Part shown: piece by piece, positions 7,859 through 15,575 of the stretch
Numbering within the stretch: position 1 is the first letter of the stretch
Layout of the letters: the number at the start of each line of letters is the position of its first letter
Virus record (IMG/VR): IMGVR_UViG_3300032301_000037
Location: 1 to 24,687 of that record
Source: a virus
Taxonomy: Duplodnaviria > Caudoviricetes
DNA length: 24,687 nucleotides
Direction: 5' to 3' (one strand)
Notes under the pieces: generated by a model
Seen by the model: only the letters and a program-made list of their open reading frames with translations
What the model was told of the DNA's origin: nothing
Database searches by the model: none
Translations under genes and position numbers: made by a program

Positions 7859-8632
7859 ATGCCTCTTACTAAAACAGGCTTTAATTTTGACTCTTACCTA
7901 TTTAACACGATAGGAAAAACAAGATTGAGTAATTTTGGTTACGGTGGGGTGTATTCAAGAACCAGCGGGGCTAATTCATTTGTAAGCCAAACCAATTCCC
8001 CAAGATTTTTAATTGGCGCAGAATCTGGAACAAGTGCCAACGGTCACGGAAAGATTGGATATTTTGACCCCATTGGCACAGACATTTCATCTGGATTATC
8101 TAGCATTGATTTTTCAAAAAGGTTTAGATTGGCTTGCTTAGGCCAAATCGTAATTAACTCAACAAATTCAGCTTGCAGAATCGTTTTTTGTGGCACTGGA
8201 AACGCTACTGACGCTCCCATGGCAAATGCAAATGGGCTGACTGTAAACGGCATTGGCGTTGAGTTTGCGGTGCAATCTTCAAGAGTGCAGGCAAGGCTAA
8301 TTGGTTTTAATTCGGCTTTTTTGACCCCAACATCCTACACAACGCTTGCCAACGGAATTTCAGATTCAACAACTAAGTTTACTGCATTCATTCTTGAGAA
8401 TGTTGGCGATGGCAATGTGAACTTTTATGCCCCAAATTGCTCAACCGCTGCAGATTTAATTATCCCCCCAACTCCAATCCTTACTCTTTCTGGCTGTCCA
8501 AACACAAACGTAGGAAACCGATTCTTTGAGTTTCAAAGCGTAAATGATTCAGTTGCAGCCCCGACCTCAACTGGCGTGAACAATACCGTGGCTAGAATGC
8601 AGTTTCACAGCGTCATGCTTTCTGTTGGTTAA
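7859..8632 (+). CDS. AT-rich beta-sandwich protein, possible surface/receptor-binding protein (257 aa)
   Basis: AGGAG SD. N/S/T/G/F-rich beta-strand composition. GC is clearly lower than in neighbours (7861-7920 is 20/60 GC versus 37/60 for 7561-7620). Confidence 0.6.
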   Translation: MPLTKTGFNFDSYLFNTIGKTRLSNFGYGGVYSRTSGANSFVSQTNSPRFLIGAESGTSANGHGKIGYFDPIGTDISSGLSSIDFSKRFRLACLGQIVINSTNSACRIVFCGTGNATDAPMANANGLTVNGIGVEFAVQSSRVQARLIGFNSAFLTPTSYTTLANGISDSTTKFTAFILENVGDGNVNFYAPNCSTAADLIIPPTPILTLSGCPNTNVGNRFFEFQSVNDSVAAPTSTGVNNTVARMQFHSVMLSVG

Positions 8633-8633
8633 A

Positions 8634-8753
8634 ATGCCCCTCCTCATCCTCACCCTCTTGCTCTGCTCCTGCTCGCCAAAGCCAGCGGACAGCAATGTGC
8701 TGCCCCGCTACTCCGACATGGGTGCTGCGGAAGATGCCGGTAATGTCAAATGA
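8634..8753 (+). CDS. Small lipoprotein (39 aa; not in supplied ORF track)
   Basis: MPLLILTLLLCSCSPKPADSNVLPRYSDMGAAEDAGNVK has a hydrophobic stretch and lipobox-like LCSC. It fills the gap exactly: 1 nt after the upstream stop, with an ATGA overlap to the next gene. Confidence 0.7.
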   Translation: MPLLILTLLLCSCSPKPADSNVLPRYSDMGAAEDAGNVK

Positions 8754-9037
8754 AGAGGATCTACTCATGGATGCTACGAACTGGTTTACGATTCTTGCTG
8801 ACGGGCAACGACTACGCTTGTTTCAAAGAGGCGTGGAAGTGCGCGGAGGAAACCAACAACCGCTCCGTCGGCCTAAAATATATCGGCTCAGTCAAGCACC
8901 TATTATCGGTCAACCGCTCGATCCGCAAGATGGTGCAGGACGGGCGGGATCGGGACGAGATTACCGCTGCCTTGGTTCACTTAGCCGTCAGCCTCAAATA
9001 CTTGGAGAGTCGCAATGAGCAACGAGCAGATATCTGA
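8750..9037 (+). CDS. Hypothetical helical protein, weak resemblance to the LL-H-type holin soluble region
   Basis: ATGA-coupled start and amphipathic N-terminus. A...AEE...G.VK...V...G...EI.A.LVHLAV spacing recalls LL-H holins (by eye). Confidence 0.55.
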   Translation: MKRIYSWMLRTGLRFLLTGNDYACFKEAWKCAEETNNRSVGLKYIGSVKHLLSVNRSIRKMVQDGRDRDEITAALVHLAVSLKYLESRNEQRADI

Positions 9038-9242
9038 TTTGCGGGTCACTTTGGCTAGGCTAGAGGAGCGTCAGATCCAGCTTTTCTCCATGGTTGAAAC
9101 CTCACTTGCAAACTACGCAGATGTTGCTAATAGATTGAGTGCGCTGGAACACTTGCGGACGAAGGTTCTGGCTGTAGCTGGAGTCGTTGGGCTGGCTTGC
9201 TCAATGGCCTATGATGTCCTAAAAAACCGCTTTTCTAACTAG
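9015..9242 (+). CDS. Coiled-coil protein with C-terminal TM helix (XhlA/holin-like)
   Basis: GGAG SD. LARLEERQ...RLSALE coiled coil, hydrophobic VLAVAGVVGLACSMAY, basic tail. Confidence 0.7.
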   Translation: MSNEQISDLRVTLARLEERQIQLFSMVETSLANYADVANRLSALEHLRTKVLAVAGVVGLACSMAYDVLKNRFSN

Positions 9243-9253
9243 GGGAACACTAA

Positions 9254-9766
9254 ATGCCTACACTTGGAACACAAAACATCAGCACTAGCTATCCACAGCT
9301 TCTCAAGACCTTTGGGACTGGCGGGCTGGATGGCACGCTACAAGTCGTTACCGATGGGGATAACACCTCCTCGGCTCTGTCTGTGTCCACTTCTGGCGTG
9401 GCCAGCACCGGATCAATGTCAGTTACTGGCACGGCCACAGTTGGAACGCTGAAGGTTGGCGCATCTGGACCAAGCCTTACGGCGGTTAGTTATGGCACAT
9501 TTGCCTTCTCTGGCGGCACAGTTCAGACGCACGCTGCCAACGACTCCACAACTGGAACATTTGCTTTATCATGCCAGCTTGGCGACATTGTGATTGGATC
9601 AATCAATAGCCTTGGATCAACTACTGGCACTGGGGCTTTGATTGCAACAAGCTTCTTCCCGATAGCAACGGATGTTGTCGAATACAACATAATCGGAAAA
9701 GGCACAACCACAGGGACAATTCCCGCAGGAACAATCTTCGCAACCGCACTAAGGTTTACGGTTTAA
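9254..9766 (+). CDS. Putative virion fibre/structural protein (170 aa)
   Basis: AGGGG SD. N-terminal L..QNISTSYPQLLK...VVTDGD..SALSVST pattern is typical of phage fibre anchors. T/G/S-rich. Confidence 0.65.
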   Translation: MPTLGTQNISTSYPQLLKTFGTGGLDGTLQVVTDGDNTSSALSVSTSGVASTGSMSVTGTATVGTLKVGASGPSLTAVSYGTFAFSGGTVQTHAANDSTTGTFALSCQLGDIVIGSINSLGSTTGTGALIATSFFPIATDVVEYNIIGKGTTTGTIPAGTIFATALRFTV

Positions 9767-9770
9767 TTTT

Positions 9771-10724
9771 ATGGCAATGATAGATCGCAATTTTACCTTC
9801 GCAACCAACGGCACGGTCAGTGCTGCTGATTTGCACAACCTAATTGATTCAGCCACGATTTACCAGGAGCTTATTACCGGCCAACAACCAATCACCAGCG
9901 TTGGCACAAACTATGAGTTATTGATTGCTGATGGAACTAACCCCAACGCCGCACCCAATGCGGTCACAGTGTATGACTTGTTTGAGGATGCACTAACTGC
10001 TGGTACTTATTCCAACGCGAACATCAGCGCAGCGTTGACCTACGGCACGGCTACGGGCAACAGGACAGTTAGCACCAGCGCGACTATTACTACTGGTACA
10101 ATTACCAACCTAACCTCCAGCACTGCCAACATCACGCTTGGAACTATCCCTACCCTAACGGCTGGAACCACAACAAGCACTGCGGCCAATATCACTAATG
10201 GAACAGTTCAGACGCTTACGGCGAGTACTGCTATAATTAGCCAAGGATCAGCAATACTTACCCAAGGAACCATTGCTACTCTCAACAGTACTACTGGAAC
10301 AATTGGGAATCTATCCACCACACTCGCTGGTGATTTAACAATTAGTCAAGGAACTGCAACAGTTGGAACAAGGGTTGCAGTTGTTAATACTGCCCAAGAA
10401 TACACAGCAGCCCATAATTTTAACGCGACAACACTTACAAGCGGAGCCTCAATAGCTTGGAATTTGGCTGCCAACCAAGTTGCAAGACTTGTTCTTTCAA
10501 CAAATGGTACGATGGCAGACGCAACAAACAAGGTTGACGGATCGACATACATTTTGCTTGTAACTCAAGGAACTGGATCAAATACGCTTGCGTGGAATGC
10601 GACATATAAATGGCCAGGAGGAACTGCTCCCACGCTCACAACTGGGTCTGCAAAAAGCGATATTTTCACATTTGTATCAAATGGGACAAGCCTCTTTGGA
10701 GTAGCAAGTCAGAACTACTCGTAA
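9771..10724 (+). CDS. Tail fibre protein (317 aa)
   Basis: N-terminal FTFATNGTVSAADLHNL anchor motif, Thr-rich repeat shaft, and C-terminal tip domain YILLVTQGTGSNTLAW...KWPGGTAPTLTT...DIFTFVSNG common in phage fibres. Confidence 0.8.
   Translation: MAMIDRNFTFATNGTVSAADLHNLIDSATIYQELITGQQPITSVGTNYELLIADGTNPNAAPNAVTVYDLFEDALTAGTYSNANISAALTYGTATGNRTVSTSATITTGTITNLTSSTANITLGTIPTLTAGTTTSTAANITNGTVQTLTASTAIISQGSAILTQGTIATLNSTTGTIGNLSTTLAGDLTISQGTATVGTRVAVVNTAQEYTAAHNFNATTLTSGASIAWNLAANQVARLVLSTNGTMADATNKVDGSTYILLVTQGTGSNTLAWNATYKWPGGTAPTLTTGSAKSDIFTFVSNGTSLFGVASQNYS
10079..10370 (+). repeat. Degenerate ~15-aa Thr-rich repeats in the fibre shaft (ANITxGTIxxLTxST)
   Basis: ATITTGTITNLTSST / ANITLGTIPTLTAGT / ANITNGTVQTLTAST / AILTQGTIATLNSTT in the translation. 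Confidence 0.75.
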
Positions 10725-10733
10725 GGAATAACA

Positions 10734-11837
10734 ATGGCTTGGCCTGTTTTTCCTGTTGGATTCTTTGGGACTGGATTTGCTGGAGGCAATCAATCTTCCG
10801 ACACGATTCAATCTTTTGCACAAACAATGCTTTTGGGCGGACAAACATCATCCCCCCAAGCTGGAGGAACCCTTACAATCAACAGTGCAAATCTTGGATC
10901 GTATGATTATTCGATAAGAAAAGGATCTCAAACAATCAGTTCGTTTACCGCATCTGATTGGTTTACTTTAACTGAAGATACCAGGTCTGCATGGATTGTT
11001 GTTGACGGAAATCTAACCATAAATTCTGGACAAACAGTAAGTCCTCCAGTTAGAAAACTTTTTACGGTTGTTTATGTTCGCGGAAATCTTGTTTTGAATG
11101 GCTCTATCAACATGAGCCAAAAAGGCTCAAACCATAGCGGAACTGGTAATTCTGGAGGAGCAACAACAGCAGCGGCAATTAGAATTATCAATGGCACATA
11201 TTCTGGCGTTGCAAATCCGCAAGTTCCGTCTGCTGGTGGAGCAGGTGGGGCTGGAGGTTTTAGTAGCGGGGCAGATGCTGGTGATCCTGGGTCAGCAGGA
11301 AGTGCGGGTGGGACTGGTGGAGGTGGAGGAGGCGGAGGTGCAAATAATGGAACAGGTGGAAATGGCGCTGCAGGAACAGCATTTTCAGCAGGAGGGGGTG
11401 GAGGCGGCGCAAACGATGGAACTGGTGGGAACGCGGTTGCAAATGGAGGCAGGGGCGGGAACGCACAGACTGGATTTAATCCAAGTTCATGTGGTGGTGC
11501 TGGAAATCCAGGTGGAACTACGAATTGTCAAGAAGGATATTGTGCGTCAACAGCTCCATCAACTCCTGAAGACGGAACTGGAGGAGTTTTGATTGTATTT
11601 TGCACAGGGTCTGTGAGCGGGTCGGGATCTTTGGTTGCAAATGGGAGTCGTGGCGGAGGAGGCGGAAATACTGTTTGCGGAGGTGGATCTGGAGGTGGAT
11701 CAATTACACTTCTTTATGGATCTGGAACTCCTCCAACCGTTACAGCAAATGGTGGAGATGGAAATAATGGAACTGCTGGTAATCCAGACGGAGGAGCAGG
11801 AGGAGCAGGCACGGCAAGGGCATTGGTTCTTGTATGA
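10734..11837 (+). CDS. Glycine-rich adhesin/receptor-binding protein (polyglycine II-type, 367 aa)
   Basis: AAGGA SD. Many GGxGG runs interleaved with hydrophobic strands (GTGGVLIVFC, GGGSGGGSITLLY). Aromatic N-terminus. Follows the fibre gene. Confidence 0.8.
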   Translation: MAWPVFPVGFFGTGFAGGNQSSDTIQSFAQTMLLGGQTSSPQAGGTLTINSANLGSYDYSIRKGSQTISSFTASDWFTLTEDTRSAWIVVDGNLTINSGQTVSPPVRKLFTVVYVRGNLVLNGSINMSQKGSNHSGTGNSGGATTAAAIRIINGTYSGVANPQVPSAGGAGGAGGFSSGADAGDPGSAGSAGGTGGGGGGGGANNGTGGNGAAGTAFSAGGGGGGANDGTGGNAVANGGRGGNAQTGFNPSSCGGAGNPGGTTNCQEGYCASTAPSTPEDGTGGVLIVFCTGSVSGSGSLVANGSRGGGGGNTVCGGGSGGGSITLLYGSGTPPTVTANGGDGNNGTAGNPDGGAGGAGTARALVLV

Positions 11838-12148
11838 GATATTTTTTTCATAATATTTATGGAGACGCACAAGAACTTCTTGCATCAAAACCGCAGGATG
11901 TTGAGGCTGTTCCATTTGGATGGGATGAGGAATCCGAAACCAATAGAAATAGGATTCTTTCCGAACTGAACCGTAGTGTATCATGTCTTCCATCTTTAAT
12001 TTATTGGAAAGAAGAATATTCTTATGATTCATTGGATGAAAACAACAATATGGTAACTATAACAGTTCCAGCCCACTGGCAGGAAATTAGAGTTGCAGAT
12101 ATTGAAAAGCCTTGGACTTGGGATAAAATACAGGACAAACAAAAATGA
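11834..12148 (+). CDS. Hypothetical acidic/aromatic protein, possible fibre assembly chaperone
   Basis: ATGA overlaps at both ends. Directly follows the adhesin. AT-rich (12001-12060 is 15/60 GC). Confidence 0.55.
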   Translation: MRYFFHNIYGDAQELLASKPQDVEAVPFGWDEESETNRNRILSELNRSVSCLPSLIYWKEEYSYDSLDENNNMVTITVPAHWQEIRVADIEKPWTWDKIQDKQK

Positions 12149-12840
12149 CATTAACCGAAATTGCTCAATACGCTGGAGAGAAGGTTGGCAAGACCGATGC
12201 CGATACGCTTACCTTCCTGCAAAAGTCGGCCAGCCTAAACTACAGGCGGGTGTGGAACTTTGCTGCTTGGCGCGAGACTGTCACAACCTCCACCTACTCA
12301 GTCGGCACGGCCAGCAGGACTGTCTCCCTTGGCTCCAACGTGGAGAACCCTCTTTCGGTAGCTTACAACGATGCTGAAATTCAAGCGATGGATCTGGCTA
12401 CCATAGTTAGCCAAGACGCTAATTTGCTGGACGAGGACACAACTGGCACGCCTGCTTTCTATTATTTCAAGGGGCGTAATACCGGCGGGACTGCCGAGCT
12501 AGACCTCTACCCCAAACTAGACACCACCAGCACCAACACGCTCTTAGTAGTGCAAAAGCTCCAGTGCCTAACCCGCACTAACCTGGTCGTAGATTTTCCT
12601 CCCTCTGCCAACGCCATTGCCGACGAACTACGCTTACCCCACGTCAGCCACGTTGTCTTAGCCTTGACCCACGCTGATGCCTTGGAGCGGGAGCGGCAGT
12701 ACGGCAAGGCGCAAGTTGTCACGCAGGCAGCTAACGCCGACCTAGCGGCGATGGCCAATTACGAGTTGTCCCAAGTGGGCGGGATGAAACAGATTACCCC
12801 AGTTGGCTTGGGCGATTTAGGCATCGAAGAGATTATCTAA
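12145..12840 (+). CDS. Head-tail adaptor (tail tubular protein A equivalent)
   Basis: MTLTEIAQY...N.RRVW...W N-terminus, TGTPAFYY and LDLYP motifs, 231 aa, position before the nozzle gene. Confidence 0.8.
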   Translation: MTLTEIAQYAGEKVGKTDADTLTFLQKSASLNYRRVWNFAAWRETVTTSTYSVGTASRTVSLGSNVENPLSVAYNDAEIQAMDLATIVSQDANLLDEDTTGTPAFYYFKGRNTGGTAELDLYPKLDTTSTNTLLVVQKLQCLTRTNLVVDFPPSANAIADELRLPHVSHVVLALTHADALERERQYGKAQVVTQAANADLAAMANYELSQVGGMKQITPVGLGDLGIEEII

Positions 12841-12845
12841 CCGCT

Positions 12846-14726
12846 ATGGCGTATTTCATAGATGCCACCGACGATGTGTTGGCGTTTGATGGTATCCGCT
12901 CTTTTACCGGCGGACAAGCCAGCGGACTCCAATCTGACCAGTTAGCCCAGAACCAAGTACAAAGGTTGGTCAACATGACCCTTTCCCCAAAGGGCAATCT
13001 GGAGACTCGGCGCGGGGTAACTAGCTTTAATACGACCGCTACATCCCAGCAAGGATCAATCGGCGGGATGGCTTACTACGATACTACCAGCACGGAAGAT
13101 TTGGTTACTGTAACTCAAGGCAGGCTGTACACGATTGATTCCAACGGCACAGCCGACCTCCATCCTGCTGATGAACTTTGGAGCGCGGTCAATAGGACGT
13201 GGGATGCGGAAGCCGAGCAATGGGCGGATGGTTATGTTGTGGCTTATACCTCCAAAGTTTCTATGGCGCAGTTTAACAACAAAATGTTTCTGGCAGATGG
13301 CGATGACGATTTACACTTTTTTGATGGCAACATTGTCCAACGGCAGGGTGGTAAGGTAAGAGCAATAACCGTCACAACCGCAGGCTCTGGGTATACCAGC
13401 GCGACTGCCATTATCACTGGCCCTAACTGGGGCGGGGAATTGCCTACTTTAATTACGAACGTAGCTGGCGGAGCGGTTACGGGGGTGGTGGTAGTCAATG
13501 GCGGTTCTGGCTATGGCTACACGCCTACGGTTACGATTATTGGCAACGGCTCTGGAGCTACGGCTACGGCTACGGCCAGCCCACCGCCCCAGGGGTTACA
13601 GACGATTATCAATGCTGGCAACAGATTGTTTGGCGTTGGCTCTGGTGCAAACCGCAATACACTTTACGCCTCGGACATCCTAGATCCTTCCGTGTGGGAT
13701 TTGACAAACAGCGTGGTAGTTAACGGCGATGATGGTGATGAGATTACCGCTATTGTGCCTTACTTTGAGAATCGTATTATTGTATTCAAGCGGCGCAGAA
13801 TATTCCAAATCACCATCCCGCCCGACATGACCAGTGCGGCTGATTGGACCATATCGATCATTTCCAATAACATCGGGTGCGTGGCGGGGGCATCAGCCAT
13901 CCAAGTTAACAGCGACATATTCTTTCTGTCTGACGATGGCATTAGGTCGCTCGTTCGGTCTGCTTCGGACGACTTTACCTCAGTCGGCTTGCCTATCTCG
14001 GAAGTTGTTAAGGACGTAATCCAAGAAATCAATACAGCGCAGATTGGCATTAGCACTGCGGCTTACTACGACAATAGGTATCTACTAGCCGTACCTACAG
14101 GCTCCAATAACTTTAACGATACGATCTTGGTCTATAACACTATTCTGGGAGCGTTTGAGGGAACTTGGACACCAAAGGTAATGCAGTTTGCCTTGACCAA
14201 TTTTCAAAGCGAAGGCTTGCGGTTAATGATGAAATTGACCACTGGCCAGATTAACAAGTACAGCGGATACAAGACACCAGCTCAAACTACGTCAGCAGAT
14301 TATGTGGATTTTGGCATCCAATCCAACGGCACAAGCGTTGGCACGTTTGATTTTAGCTCGTCTGTCCGTACCCGCGATATGGACTTTGGCGATCCATTTG
14401 CTCAAAAACATGGTAGCAATTTCGAGATTATCTTTGATGATTCTTTTTCTAGCAATGCTACTATTGCCATTCAGCGGGACAGCGATGTTGGCGATGTGGA
14501 AGTGCAACCCAACCTAAATATTGCCAGCACCGTGTTGGTACTGCCATTTGTCCTGCCAGCCGTTCTGCCTACTTCGGTTAAGAAACGCATTGCTTCCGAT
14601 CTGCGCAAGTACGAGAAGTGGCGGTTAATCAACATCAGTGTTACCTCTGAGGCAAACAAGATGGCGGTTAGGCAGATTACCGCAGCCGCCAACCCCGATA
14701 CCATTGAGGTACAAAAGACAATATGA
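12846..14726 (+). CDS. Tail nozzle/stabilisation protein (tail tubular protein B equivalent, beta-propeller)
   Basis: FTGG...N.TLSPKGNLETRRG start, NRLFG..LYASDILDP..W, ITAI..RIIVFK, IGCVAGASAIQVNSDIFFLSDDGIRSL and YYDNRYLLAVP. Confidence 0.85.
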   Translation: MAYFIDATDDVLAFDGIRSFTGGQASGLQSDQLAQNQVQRLVNMTLSPKGNLETRRGVTSFNTTATSQQGSIGGMAYYDTTSTEDLVTVTQGRLYTIDSNGTADLHPADELWSAVNRTWDAEAEQWADGYVVAYTSKVSMAQFNNKMFLADGDDDLHFFDGNIVQRQGGKVRAITVTTAGSGYTSATAIITGPNWGGELPTLITNVAGGAVTGVVVVNGGSGYGYTPTVTIIGNGSGATATATASPPPQGLQTIINAGNRLFGVGSGANRNTLYASDILDPSVWDLTNSVVVNGDDGDEITAIVPYFENRIIVFKRRRIFQITIPPDMTSAADWTISIISNNIGCVAGASAIQVNSDIFFLSDDGIRSLVRSASDDFTSVGLPISEVVKDVIQEINTAQIGISTAAYYDNRYLLAVPTGSNNFNDTILVYNTILGAFEGTWTPKVMQFALTNFQSEGLRLMMKLTTGQINKYSGYKTPAQTTSADYVDFGIQSNGTSVGTFDFSSSVRTRDMDFGDPFAQKHGSNFEIIFDDSFSSNATIAIQRDSDVGDVEVQPNLNIASTVLVLPFVLPAVLPTSVKKRIASDLRKYEKWRLINISVTSEANKMAVRQITAAANPDTIEVQKTI

Positions 14727-15091
14727 CGGCTGTTGAGTACATTGAGGAGAGTGGCGTGCCGGAGTCCATGTGGCCTAACCTGGCTGACTGGTACGGCTGG
14801 TTCGAGATGCAGGGCATGGTTGGGGTGGTTAAGGATGGGGAGGAGATAGCAGGAGTGGCTCTGGCTAGGTGTATAAAGGACGGGCAAAAGCCTGACCATT
14901 ATGTGCATAGCGAAGATGGTGAGAATGTGTTTGTGGATTTGACTATCTCATCAAAGGGTGCTAAATCATTGAATTGCTTGCTGTTGTTGCTTTGGCAACG
15001 CTTCGGTCCTCGCAAGCGGATCACCTTTAATCGTTCTGGTAAACCAAGGAGTTACGACTATATGACATTTATGCGAAAGGCTAGGGTTTAA
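14723..15091 (+). CDS. GNAT-fold-like protein in the T7 gp13-equivalent position
   Basis: VGVVKDGEEIAGVALAR and VFVDLTIS strand patterns, 122 aa, between nozzle and internal virion genes. Confidence 0.5.
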   Translation: MTAVEYIEESGVPESMWPNLADWYGWFEMQGMVGVVKDGEEIAGVALARCIKDGQKPDHYVHSEDGENVFVDLTISSKGAKSLNCLLLLLWQRFGPRKRITFNRSGKPRSYDYMTFMRKARV

Positions 15092-15095
15092 CACC

Positions 15096-15572
15096 ATGGG
15101 TGGATCTCCTTCTATTCCCGCACCGCCCCCTCCGCCCGATCCAGCAGCAGTCGCGCAGGCCAATGCTGAGGCATACAAGAAGAATATTGAGACTTATATT
15201 GAAAAAGCACCAGAGATGGCAGAGCTGGAAAACAAGCTTCGCATTCAATATCTACCAGCCCAGCGTGGTTTAGAACGCCAGCTATCAGCCCTAGACCAGC
15301 AAGCAGGCGTGCAGGCTGGGATGCAGTTAGAACGGCAGTACGGACCACAGCGCACCCTAGAATCGCTCCGCAGGCAGTATGAGACTAGCCCACAAGCGTA
15401 TGCCTTGAATCGCGGGCTAGGCGATCAGATGACTCGCCAGTTCGAGCGTCTTTACGGCCAGAATCCATACGGCTCAGTTGAGCAGAATGTGGCGTTTAAC
15501 CGCCAGCCAGAACCAGTTGATTTTTATGGAACGGTTGGAACAAACATCAGCAATCCAGAGTTAAAGGGTTAA
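15096..15572 (+). CDS. Internal virion/ejection protein 1 (158 aa)
   Basis: MGGSPSIPAPPPPPDPAAVAQAN N-terminus and Q/A-rich helical body are typical of podovirus DNA-transfer proteins. Synteny agrees. Confidence 0.7.
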   Translation: MGGSPSIPAPPPPPDPAAVAQANAEAYKKNIETYIEKAPEMAELENKLRIQYLPAQRGLERQLSALDQQAGVQAGMQLERQYGPQRTLESLRRQYETSPQAYALNRGLGDQMTRQFERLYGQNPYGSVEQNVAFNRQPEPVDFYGTVGTNISNPELKG

Positions 15573-15575
15573 GTT

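Noticed and set aside
7847-7861. In-frame TAG GAG TAG GCG ATG linking 7436 and 7859 (amber readthrough or recoding)
   Set aside because: It would need two readthroughs, the spacer is simply an AGGAG SD, and no long gene is interrupted by TAG, so the standard code fits.
8695-9018. 107-aa alternative-frame ORF
   Set aside because: It overlaps both the 8634 lipoprotein and the 8750 ORF, which tile the region exactly with an ATGA overlap.
11230-11820. Gly-rich region as collagen-like or PE-PGRS
   Set aside because: There is no sustained Gly-X-Y periodicity and no PE domain. GG runs with interleaved strands fit a polyglycine-II adhesin.
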